DNA of 64,000 nt from Octopus sinensis (taxonomy: Eukaryota), in assembly GCF_006345805.1 (NCBI RefSeq), contig NC_042998.1, positions 119,784,001-119,848,000 on the forward strand, in the 5' to 3' direction. Below, one piece after another: positions 52,031-63,555 of this stretch; positions within the stretch are counted from its first letter, which is position 1; each line of letters opens with the position of its first letter. The notes below the pieces were generated by a model. That model ran no database searches, was not told the origin of the DNA, and saw nothing but the letters and a program-made list of their open reading frames with translations. The translations under genes and the position numbers were made by a program.

Positions 52031-53742
52031 GGTGTGTGTGTGTGTACAATGGAGCAATGTTGGAAATAGAGAGGATATATTGGGGTACGACGTATACCCA
52101 CTTCTCAGTTTCTGGATTTTATTCGTTCATTATCTATTATTATTATTAAACTATTATTAGCTATCCTTTGTCAAGTTTCTATTACTGTAGATTTACTTAT
52201 TTTATTTATTATAAATGTGCACGCATATTTTATTCAGTTATCATAATAAAACACATGAAAAGATTAATTTATAATACTGTATGAGAAGTTCAGTATTCTG
52301 GCTGGAACAATGGAAATTAAGGGATTGGATGATTTTGCGAAGGATGAAGTAAGGTATTTGATATACGTATATTTATCTATGGTACACACAGTTCCAAATT
52401 TAGGACAAATGAGGCCCTATGCTAATTAAGTTATGATACGTGTTCAGGAAATTCATCTTAAAAAAGATCTTGGACGGGAAGATGCCCCCCCCCCACATAT
52501 ACACCTGGTGAAACGGGGCCGTGTGCTTCCGGCACTGGTTACATACCAAGTACATGTCGCTGGCCGCTCCGAATTATTTCTCTTTATTTTTGTTTAAATT
52601 ACAATAAGTATACTGACTGAACAAAAGAAATTTTCCATGTAAACAAACTTATACTTCTTTTCCAACACATCGTAGTTATGTTTACGTACATAACAAAAGA
52701 ATAAAATCTGCAATAAGTCAATGACTACATTTCGTCACTTTTACATTCGATACATCAAAATTACTGGTAAAGTACAACTCAGTAACTAGGAAAGTACAAC
52801 TCAACAGGTAGTCAGTGTGTGTATGTGTGTGTGTCTATGTATTTAGGCAAGCTGGTATGAATGTAACATACGTACGTAAACGCTACATGTTTATTTTCCC
52901 ACAAGATGAAAAACAATAATAAAAGTTAAAGAAATTGGGGGACGAAAAGCTGTTTCACAGAAATCTTATTCCACAAAAGAAGGAAGTATGAACACAAAAT
53001 TCTAACTTTGGAATATATAGGGTGAGTGTTATTGTTTAGACTCGTAACAACAGATGCCCCGCTGATGTTCGCTCGGCAATCGTGTTCAACCACGGAAAAT
53101 GTTGAGGGACAGTGTTCCTCCACTTTTCGACTCACGGAGATGGGGAGATTTAAAGCGACTGATCCCAACCTCAGCCTCAAGTTCCAAATACTCATTTCCG
53201 TCACATTGTGCAGCTCTTTTAGCAAACGCCTTCTACAATAAACTCTGCCAACACAAAGCTTGTCAGTGAAATTGGGCACACAGAAATTAAGAGAAAGTTA
53301 GCACGATGAACTGTATCTGTAATAGAAAGGGCTAGCCTTGTCATACACTATCACACTAGTTCTGACGGAAGATTAAGTTAAGAGTACAAAGTGTCAATGA
53401 AATACTTCCATGAGCAATTTAGTTGATTGAACGACTAGAATAGTCATTATTGAAACTGTAGCGTAATGGAATATGAACTTTATAAACAATTAGATCCAGG
53501 CTAGCAAGGATTCTGCCGACCTATGATCAAAGGCAGTTTAGTCATGACTAACCCACCTGTTTCAAACAGTATATCTATTTTGCATTATCTAATTTAACTT
53601 CCTTTATTTTGAAGATGTGACTGTTAATTCTAGCAGGCCAAGTAACCGCGAGGGGGATCCCTTGTTGGTTCTTAGTTTATGAGGTGTGAAGGAGAGGGAG
53701 AGAGAATTTCCTCACGGTTAGCGAAAACAAAATGCAGTTTAC

Positions 53743-53832
53743 CTGTCCGTTTGCGAAGACTATATTTTCCTTCTTTTTCTCGCTCTTCTCTCCATTTTTA
53801 GGTAAAATAGGTTTTCCTTTGTTAGTCATCAT
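53743..53832 (-). CDS. LRMDA: LRMDA exon 1 (coding part, 30 codons)
   Basis: ATGATG start with an in-frame upstream TGA. Encodes MMTNKGKPILPKNGEKSEKKKENIVFANGQ and ends CAG|GTAAAC in phase 0. IVFANGQ resembles the end of LRMDA exon 1 (human LVVRGTQ). Least certain exon because it lies 28 kb from exon 2. Confidence 0.75.
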
Positions 53833-54269
53833 GAAGAGATGAACTGACAATGAGCCACTGGTATGGAGAAAAGTTGGAAATCACGATTTAATAGAAAGGC
53901 GACAGCTTTCGTTAATAACTTACAGCTTAGTTTGCCAGCGAATGATTCTACTGGCTGAATGTTTGTGTGCGTGTATGTGTGCGTGTGTGTGTGTGTGTGT
54001 ACATGCATAGATATAAAATTAAGCCAGTTGTAATGAGACAAGGAAAGGTGTCTCGTGATATAATATTGTTTGTACTGACAGCTGAATTGGACAGTTAAAT
54101 CTATGGAGTGAGGTATGAGGGGCGATAAGGTATCTTTAGTTTAAAAGTAGCAATTATATAACGCACAGACACACACACTCTCGTTCAAAAGCGCACATAT
54201 AGATGTACTCATACAGAGATTACTTGATATCGTTTCGCGCCACCCAAAACGTGCTAGTCCATGCCTTGT

Positions 54270-54500
54270 CTTTAGTTTTTTGGGTTTTATATATATTTTT
54301 TTTAGTATGTGACCTCGTGAAGACTACCTGCAATTTTTTTTCCTCTGTCCTCCCGTCTCGGGATCTTTCTTTCTCCTATGTTTCCGACGAAGAGCTCCGC
54401 TCGAAACGTCATTTTCCTGAGCGCCTAATAATAATAATACTGTAATTGTTCCACGTGTTGTTGTTTTTTCTGTTTTCCCGTTTGGATTAACCTTATATAT
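54270..54500 (+). mobile_element. Penelope-like element terminal fragment with a hammerhead-like core
   Basis: TTTCCGACGAAGAGCTCCGCTCGAAACGTC; the CYGANGA...CGAAAC signature is typical of PLE pseudo-LTRs. Confidence 0.55.
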
Positions 54501-54804
54501 ATATATATATATAGTTAATTGTAGTATGCGGTTTATAACCTTTTGCTTAATCCATCTCCTTTTCTTAGAGACTGAATACTGCGAGTTGCCTTACATGCCC
54601 ATCTCACACTAGTCCATTCTGAGTAGGTGAGAAAAAGAAGGAATTTCTCCAGTACTTGAATGGTTCTTTACCCATACCCGGAACTCGAAAAGCAAAGTTA
54701 CTTGAATTTGCAACGCAAAATACTGTAAAAATACTCCAAGGCATTTGTACAACACTAATTCTGTCATTGGGTACCTGTGTGGGTGTTTATGCACATACAA
54801 TGTG

Positions 54805-54837
<33 letters not shown>

Positions 54838-55046
54838 ATATATATACACACAGTACTCAAGTACCTAGGTTGATTTTATCGACTAACTCCGTCCCCTCGA
54901 AATTGCAGGTCTTGTTCCTAAATTTAGAAACCATTATTAATAGAAAACAAGTTGCAGATATACGCTGTGTCAGAAGGGTTATTTTATCAAAAGGTTAATA
55001 TGTAGGATATGCACTTTGTGAATTCTGTAATATACATAATTGGGTT

Positions 55047-55107
55047 ACTTGCACTAAACAACTTTACGTATAATAAAATATTATACGTAAAGTTGTTTAG
55101 TGCAAGT
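55047..55107. repeat. Perfect palindrome, 29-bp arms with a 3-nt loop
   Basis: ACTTGCACTAAACAACTTTACGTATAATA-aaa-TATTATACGTAAAGTTGTTTAGTGCAAGT. Confidence 0.95.
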
Positions 55108-55353
55108 CATCGTTGATCGAACAGACCTAACACCAAGGGAATTCCAGCCATTGTGGCCTTCCTTTTTCTCGTGTGAGCGTGTGTTTCATATCAGGAATTA
55201 TATTGGCTAATGCTGGGATTATCAAACTTTTCCTTCCTACATATCCTTCATCATGTTCGGCTGTTTTGGCGTACCCCTTGTGAAGTGTATAGTTTAAAAT
55301 AGAAGACATAGTCATTAATTATTTGGACTAAAGACTTCCAGACAATATATTTG

Positions 55354-56417
55354 ATGGATCTTTTCGGTTTGAACGGCAGTTTTTTCATGTCATATGACAT
55401 TGTCGCCCATAATTATGACCCTAGTATCGATCTATTGCATTTCAATCTGTTTTTGGGTTGGGGGGAAGGGTATCTTTTTTTCTTCAGAAATGTAAGTAAA
55501 CCCAATCTGTTTCTTAAACGAGGGACATATTCATAGGGCACAGAATGTTTTCACCTCATGTGAAAACATGAGTTAGACGTCATTGATTGGTTGAAATTGC
55601 AGAAAAAAAACAACAAATATTTTACAAACTATAGAATTTTCGGGTCTTTTCCTTTTGAACGGCACATGTCAACACAATTTCTAGTTAACTAAACACTTTT
55701 AAACTTCGTATACTAGCAGAATGTGTTTATAAAACATCATTTTTTCTTGGCTTTATTGAGAAAATTCTATAGTTTGTAAGATATTTCGTCTGAAATTTCG
55801 AGCATTTCGGCAATTTTAACCAATTGCTGACCTCCATTTGGGTATAATTATGGGTGACATTTTCATTTGACACCACTAGAAAAAAATCCCATTTTCCGTA
55901 GCGGTGTCGTATGAAATTGTCACCCATAATTATAACCCTAGTATCAATCTATTGCATTTCAATCTATTTTAGATTTAGGGTTAGGGCTAGGGGTTGGGGA
56001 TGGGTATCTTTTTTTCTTCGCAAATGTAAATAAACCCAATCTGTTTCTTAAACGAGGGACATATTCATACAGCACGGAATGTCTTCACCCCAAATGGAGG
56101 TCAGCGATTGGTTAAAATTGCCGAAATGCTTGAAATTAAAGTGGAAATATGTTACAACATATAGAATTTTCTCAATAAAGCCAAGAAAAAATGATGTTTT
56201 ATAAACACATTCTACCAGTCTACGAAGTTTAAAAGTGTTTAGTTAATTAGAAATTGTGTTGACATGTGCCGTTCAAAAGGAAAACATCTGAATTTTCTCA
56301 ATAAAGCCAAGAGAAAAGATGTTTTATAAACACATTCTACCAGTATACGAAGTTTAAAAGTGTTTAGTTACGTAGAATTTATTTTTAAAAACTGCCGTTC
56401 AAACCGAAAAGATCCAT
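55354..56417. mobile_element. Foldback/MITE composite (1064 bp) with 31-bp TIRs and a nested related copy
   Basis: Perfect TIR ATGGATCTTTTCGGTTTGAACGGCAGTTTTT (55354-55384 / 56387-56417); inner IR of about 195 bp at 55647-55842 / 56088-56284. Confidence 0.85.
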
Positions 56418-56514
56418 TTTTTAAATATAAAAACTATATATAATTGCGAGGATGCACCATTGAAAAGTTTAATACAACATTCATTATTCTTTATTACAGG
56501 CACAAGGTCTGAAT

Positions 56515-56830
56515 TTTTTTGGTGGTGATGGTGGCAGGGGAATAGTCAATTACTCGACTCCAGGATTCAACTGGTACTTATTTTATTGGCCCCAAAGGAT
56601 GAAATACAAAGTTGACCCAGCGGAATTTAAACTCAAAATGTAACGACGATGAAATGCTGCTCAACATTTTGTTTGGCATGCTAACAAGTCTACCAGCTCA
56701 CTGCCTTAAATTTATTATTGATTTGAGCTGATAGAATCGTTAGAACACCGGACTAAATGCTTTGTGGCATTTCATCCGACTGTAGTTCGACTTTGTCTTC
56801 CATCCTTTAGGAATCGATGTGATAGACTTA
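56515..56830. mobile_element. Head-to-head pair of SINE family 1 copies
   Basis: Minus copy at about 56515-56705, plus copy from gagctgatagaatcgttag at about 56725. Confidence 0.7.
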
Positions 56831-57829
56831 ATCTTTCTCCTAAAAAGATGTCATGTAGTGAGTCAGGAAAGCTATTTGTGTTGCCGCAGCACAGCACAGT
56901 TGTACTATGCCATACTCCAGCCAATCAGGGCTGGATATGTAGGAATACAAAGAGCCGGTCTCTGCACAAGTAGAGAAGCGGGAGTTTTAAGCAGTTGGTG
57001 AAAGGACTGCACAGCAGCAACATTTCTTATTTCAACATAAAACAACATTTGGTTTTTCACCACCAACTTCAAGCAGCTGACTTGGAGTTATTTCGGCTCT
57101 TGACTTATCACCTCCTGAACAACCTAGTTCATTTATGTTAACTTTGCTCCTCAAAAGTCTGGATGATATCAGCCACAACTCTGCCTCATAATGAACAGTA
57201 TATTTTTGTTTAAACTATCTTCATTCCTATTAGCTTATAACAGCTTCTAACAGAATCATTTTGTTTAAAAGTAAGTTATAATGCTTCACCTGACTCACAT
57301 ACACATACAGGCTACACATCTTGCTACTTGTCAGCTCTCATTCTTATTTTGATAAAATTACAATGTTTTGTTTAAAAACTGCCTATTAATATTCATTTAC
57401 ACACGCTTCTCAAAAGTGCATTTAATGAACTTTTCACGAACACTTTCATACTTTAAATTAGTGATCGCTCCCACTAAATGCCTATAGTAGAAAGAATTAT
57501 TAAAGATGATAAAAGGGTAGTGGATTTGAGGAATTGTTAAGGCATCAGTCAAAATATTTTGCTGTATTTTTCAGCTCTTTGCATTCTGAATTCTAATACC
57601 TCTGAAGTCAACTTTGCTTTCATCCTTTCTACCCCTACCCCTAAAGAAAGTGCAAGCTTTGTACTTAAATCAGAAATAACTATTAAAGATGATACAGTGT
57701 AAGATTTGGCTGCTACTTTTAGTGAGTAAAGTCACCACTTGAAGGCTCCCTACTTAACTCTCAGATATACAAAATTGTAAACTCAAGTATAATAATTCAT
57801 TTCCATGGGCCCTAATTCTTGCTTATTTT

Positions 57830-58500
57830 TGACATCATCCACGAGTGATGTTTTGATTGAAAAGGATCACTATATCTACCAGTATGCTTATCTCTCTTTA
57901 TTTTGATAATGATATCAGCTTGATTTGCTTTAATCTCATCCTCTCAGATTATTGCAGTCGAGTCATTGTCACTAGGTTCAAGTGCTTAGAATATTTATTT
58001 TTAGTTTTCCTGTTGAAGTGTCACCTTTATTGCTCAATAGATATATCTACCAAAGAGGTTATCTCTGGATATATTCTGATTTTGCAAAATCTAGGCAACT
58101 GTGATGTAGCAGTTTGTTTCTTTATGTTTATTCCATATTCTACAATTGACATTGCCTCTTGTTTTATTATTTTATTTTTAAAAGACTTTATTTAGTTCAG
58201 AACTTTTGAACTTGTTACGAGGTTTTGGAGGTTTCTATATTATATCACTTTTCTCTGTTCAGTCTTGCAAGAATTTGGCCAAGGTGAGGTTTCCCCTAAT
58301 TTTTTTCTTCCTTCAATATTTATTGAGAAGTGTTTTTGTTTCATTTTGTCTTGTTTCTTTAAAAACACCCAATTTTTCTGTTGATTTGTACCATTCAAAA
58401 ACTTGCCCCAGCATAGTTAGCGTCTAGCTAGTACATTATTGTTTTTTATATGAAGAAACTTTTTTTCTTTTTGTATCAACCATCATGTTTCTTTTTAGAA
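57830..58500 (-). pseudogene. Possible very old R4-like LINE remnant
   Basis: Weak remnants resembling the HxTVA, K.DIIIK and LVDIVI endonuclease-region motifs. Confidence 0.3.
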
Positions 58501-59109
58501 TACTTCTCTAGATCAATTATGATTAGTTTGTAAAAACCTCATCAATCTACAAACTCTCTATATTAACTTTAGATTGGTGGATTGAGGATGTGTTGTTCTC
58601 AAATTTTATTACCTAAGCTCTTTGACTTATTTAATTTAGAAGTTATTATATTGAAGATGGGTTTATTGTTGGGATGGCTAGTACATGCTATGGCAAAAAG
58701 TTGAGCGATCACCACATGCAGAGACATACCACTGAATCTATAGGAGGAATTAGAGAAAGAAGGTTAACATGCAATTTACTGTTGCAAAATAGTCGCAGTA
58801 AATTCTTAGAAAATGAAAGTGTAAGGGTTGTGCAATGTAAGGTGATGAAACTGGTTCTTTCATACCACATCACACAGCCATTACAATAAAGAAGAATTAA
58901 TAGAACACATAAGTGCAAGAAGGAAAAAGAGACACAACTGCATAGAATTATTAAGAGAAGATTTATTGATATGTTATTATGTGTGTGCATCATGTATACA
59001 GAATAATAGACAGGCTGTCATGAGAACAAGATGTATGTGTGTGTCTGTGACCATAGATGTATGCACATGTTAAGAACATATAAGGATGGCAATGAAGAAG
59101 GAGATAATG

Positions 59110-59494
59110 TGTAGTGATGCTACTGTGTAAGGTTCAGCCACCGGAAGTCTTCCCCATGCGCATGTGCGGGAAACTGACCCCTAAGGAACAGTAAACTCGA
59201 TCACTCTCTCTGGCCATTTCAGCCCTCGTGAACAGACGTGCATTTGGTAGTCTCTGATAACTATACCGACTTAGCCGTGGACGACATCGAATCACTTCAA
59301 CCAACCAACAAGAAGCTGTACAACAGATTCGGCTGTCGTTTCCCCTCAGAAAATACGCACACCATCACGAATAATAAACAACACTGCTGTCTTTCCCAGA
59401 TAACCTGACTTCGTCTGTTATATCTAACTAAATTGAATGTGACGGGATCGGATTGGATACCCCTTCAGTGATACCGATTCTAGATCCTGTTACA
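59110..59494 (+). repeat. 5' LTR (385 bp)
   Basis: TGTAGTG...TGTTACA, direct repeat of 63556-63973. Confidence 0.97.
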
Positions 59495-59496
59495 AT

Positions 59497-59506
59497 TGGT
59501 GACCCC
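59497..59506 (+). promoter_or_regulatory. Primer-binding site, probably tRNA-Trp
   Basis: TGGTGACCCC, 2 nt after the LTR, is complementary to the GGGGUCACCA 3' end of eukaryotic tRNA-Trp; the match stops after 10 nt. Confidence 0.75.
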
Positions 59507-59855
59507 AAGTACAAAAAAAAAAAAAAGAACAGAAGACGCAGCAAACAGGTTTTGCTAGTTAGAGCACTGAACACTCAGTTTTCACTTTCATTTTTCTTTT
59601 CAGGACGGCGAAGGTGCGTACAAACAAAAGTTTTCTTCATCGCACTCAGTACACTGAAAAAAAAAAGAAAAAAAAAAGAAACACACACACATTATTTTTT
59701 TTTCTTTTCTGTACCTTTTGTTTTTCCTTTGTGCACACACACACACACACCAGTACACAAAACACGATTTTTGATTTGCTTTGTTGGTTCCACGTGTTCT
59801 CCACTTCTCGTTCATACCTTCTGCCCCTTTCTGACAGGCGATTCTTCGGACAAAC

Positions 59856-60541
59856 ATGGCTGCATCAGGTTGCCTTCATTCACAGGGGATGCAGGTCTGT
59901 GGCTTGCCCAGGTGGAGTCGCATTTTGCCGCACATGCCGTTCCTCCACAGCAGCAGTTGCATCTGCTATATTCGAGTTTGCCTTCCCGACTTGCCACATC
60001 GGTCAGGGATCTCATAATGAGTCCCCACCCTGACGCCACATACGCGTCAGTAAAGGCCGAAATCCTCCGCCGCAACACGCGGTCGGAGGAGAGTCAATTC
60101 AATGAGCTGATGGCCGACGAACAGTTGGGGGACAGGACTCCATCCCAGTTCCTGCGCCACCTAAGGGAGCCAAGCGGCAACGCAGCGGACGCTCCGCTCT
60201 TACAGAGGATTTTCTTCTCCAGGTTGCCTGCCGACATGCAGACAATGTTGGCCACGGTACTGGTGTCTGTGTCAGTAGACCAGATTGCCACGATGGCCGA
60301 TAAAATATTGGAATTTCCGAAACCATCTCCATCGCGAGGCCTGTGCGCATGTACAGAGCCCCCTCCGACAGTTTCTCCGACGCAAAATTCACTAGCCGAG
60401 TGGCTCGATACGCTCACGTGGCGAATCGATGATCTGTGCCGTGCGATCGGGCGCCGACCACGCAGTTGTAGTCGCAGTGGCTCTGCCGAAAAGGCAGAAT
60501 GGTGTACCCAGCTGTGCACTTTTCAGCCCTCGGGAAGCTAA
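59856..60541 (+). pseudogene. Gypsy gag
   Basis: IRLPSF..DAGLWLAQVESHF, LGDRTPSQFLRHLR, IFFSRLP and IATMADKI. The likely ATG (59856) is out of frame and the Cys-His box is truncated. Confidence 0.85.
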
Positions 60542-63419
60542 ATCCGGAGGAGGTGAGCACGTCACCTTCTTCCTTCTCGTTTCCCCAAAATCGTGCATTC
60601 TTTGTAAAAGATCTGGTGTCGAAGAAATTCTTCATGGTGGACACCGGCTCTTGTTGCAGCATCTGGCCCCTTCGTCTGACTGCAGACAAGCCCAAGCGCT
60701 CTTCAATTGTCTTGCATGCCATTGACTCGTCTCCCATAACCACCTTCGGTCAGATTTCGCTGCGCCTCGACATCAACCTTTGTCGAGATTTTCAATGGGT
60801 TTTCGTCATCGCTGACATCCCGCATCCTATTCTCGGCGCTGATTTCTTCGATAGGTTTAATCTATTGGTGGATGTCAGGCGTCGGAGGCTTCTTGATAGC
60901 ACGACGTCGCTCTCTACGCCGACTGGGAGTTCCACCAATGCGGTCCTTAGCCCGACATTCTTTGTTGCCACCTCTGGAGACGCTTTTCACTCTCTTTTGG
61001 CTTAATTTCCGGAGCTAGTGGACATTGCCTTTCAACCGAAAAAGCCTACCCACTCGACCCTCCATTTTATCACCACCACTGGGCCGCCTGCATTTTCGCG
61101 CCCACGGCGCCTTGCGCCTGACCGACTAAAAACGGCTAGGGCCGAGTTTGAGCACATGCTTCAACTTGGCCTTATACGCCCCTCCACCAGCCCATGGGCG
61201 TCTCCCCTTCATTTGGCATGAAAGGGCGAGTCTGATTTTCGCCCGGTAGGAGACTATCGACGCCTCAATGCCGTAACAATAGCCGACAGATATCCAATCA
61301 GAAATCTACAGGACTTTACGGCAAATCTCCATGGTTGTACCATTTTTTCGAAGGTCGACCTTATACGTGCGTACCATCAAATACCGGTCAACCCAGCCAA
61401 CGTTCCGAAAACTGCGATCACTACCCCTTTTGGGTGTTTTGAGTTTTTGTATATGAGTTTCGGATTGCGGAATGCTACTAGCACTTTCCAGCGTTTCATT
61501 GATGAGGTTGTCTGCGGTCTTGATTTTGTGTTTGCCTATGTCGATGATATACTCATTGCGAGCGACACACGTGAAAATCATCTCCAGCACCTTTCTCAGC
61601 TTTTTCAGCGTCTTCGCGCTTATAGTATACGTATAAATCCCGACAAGTGTGTTTTCGGACGCTCTTCCCTAGATTTTCTAGGCCATCATATTGATTCAAG
61701 TGGAATCAGCCCTCTGTCGTCAAATGTCGATGCCATTCAACGCATCGCACCCCCCACTTCCTTGCGCCAGCTCAGGCATTATCTAGGGATGATCAATTTC
61801 TACAGACGTGAGCTCCTAGCGATCGATTCGTCATTTCCAGCATCAACTTGAAGGGCGAGATTTTGTGATCTATACGGATCACAAGCCCCTTACGTTTGCC
61901 CTGTGTTCAAAAACGGACAAACTTTCACCTCGTGCTTTCCGGCACCTGGATTTTATCTCTCAATTCACTAGTAACATTCGACACATACCTAGAAAAGCGA
62001 ACGCTCTCTCTTGCCTTCCAGTCTGCGCCCTTTCGTCTCCTGCTGCTATCGACTTAACTGCCATCTCGCAGGAGCAGTCACCTTTGGCGTCGTTAGACTT
62101 AACTTCTCCCAAGTTCTCCTGTTGCCAGTTTTCCTACCTTCCGCTTCCGTCAGCCGAAGGCACCATTCTTTGTGATACTTCCACTGGTTCTCCCAGGCCA
62201 CTCGTGCCTGAGAATCATCAACGCTCAGTGTTTGAAGCACTGCATTCCTTATCACATCCTGGCATCGCTGCCACCCGTAAGCTAACCACTGCTCGTTTTT
62301 TTTGGCCGAATATGCGTCGCACTATTACTTCTTGGACACGCACCTGCTCCAAGTGTCAACGGTCCAAGATTCAACGGCACGTTCGTGCCCCGCTTGGACA
62401 TTTTCCCCCTACGGAGGCCCGTTTTCGCCATGTCCACATCGATCTGGTTGGACCATGGCTGTGAGTCGCGGTTTTCTTATCTGTTAACTTGTGTCGATCG
62501 TTTCTCCCGCTGGCCAGAAGCCATTCTGATAGCAGACATTTCTGCTGAGACTGTTGCGCGAGCCTTCGTTTCAAACTGGATTTCCCGTTTCGGAGTCCCG
62601 TCCAGATTGACTACTGATCGTGGACGTCAGTTTGAAGCTTCGCTATTTCGCGAATTGTCGCGCATTTTAGGTGTGCATCATATCCACACTACCAGCTATC
62701 ATCCAGCGTCTAATGGATTAGTTGAACGGTTCCATAGACAGCTCAAGGCCGCTCTTCATGCCTCTTCAGATCCACAGTCCTGGATTGAATTTCTGCCAAT
62801 TGTGCTTCTCGGTTGTCGGACTGCTGTCAAGGCAGACCTGGGGTTTTCTTCTGCAGAGCTGCTGTATGGTACCACACTGGCATTGCCTGGTACGATGTTG
62901 GTGCCAGACACTTCCCAGCCCCATGATCCGGCGACCTATGTCGCCAGACTGCGTTCATATTTCTCGAATCTTCCACCCATCGTTCCCAGGAAACAATCTC
63001 CACCATCCCATCTCCCACCGGATATGGACACTTGGTCGCATGTTTTTGTTCGGGACGACTCTGTCAAGGGACCACTTGTTTCTCCCTATAAAGGACCTTT
63101 CCGTGTGCTTTCTCGCACACCTAAGGTTATCACCATTGAAATAAATGGTCATTCAGAGACCGTTTTCGTGGACCGACTGAAGAAAGCATACTTTGAGACG
63201 TCTTCATCTTTTGATGACAACCTTGCCACACCCACCTATGCACCTTTAACAACACCTTCACCTGCACAAACACCTTCACTTGCACAGACACCTTTGCCTT
63301 CACCGGCTCCTACAACACCACCTTCGCCGTCAATGGGTGCCCCGAGCACACCGTATATTACAAGATCGGGCAGAACAGTGCATTGGCCCAAGAAACTTTC
63401 AAAGACAATTTATATTTAA
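60499..63419 (+). pseudogene. Gypsy pol (protease, RT, RNase H, integrase) with stops, frameshifts and an internal deletion
   Basis: VDTGS, ILGADF, SPWASPL, DYRRLN, YVDD, FLGH, YTDHKPL, the HHCC motif (HSLSHPG..CSKC), [16 protein letters not shown] and NGLVERFHR. Stops at 61003 and 61219; YRR is fused to ELLAI at 61809/61810. Confidence 0.95.
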
Positions 63420-63540
63420 CTTTCTTTCAAATTTCTTATATTTGTATGATATTATGTACCAAATCTTCTGGGGGATCGGCAAGCCATCTGTTTTTCTGCA
63501 GCACCACTACAAATTTTCTTGTTTTCGTACTTCTGCACTC

Positions 63541-63552
63541 GAGGGGGGGGGG
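63541..63552 (+). promoter_or_regulatory. Polypurine tract
   Basis: GAGGGGGGGGGG ending 3 nt before the 3' LTR. Confidence 0.9.
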
Positions 63553-63555
63553 CCA

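Noticed and set aside
53015-53030. Plus-strand GG|GTGAGT donor suggesting an antisense exon
   Set aside because: A single motif with no partner exon or ORF
55975-55992. TTAGGG telomere-like repeats
   Set aside because: Only 2-3 units, inside a MITE; not an interstitial telomere
59453-59855. N-terminal 134 aa of the 362-aa ORF
   Set aside because: Read-through of LTR, PBS and low-complexity leader; recognisable gag begins at about 59865
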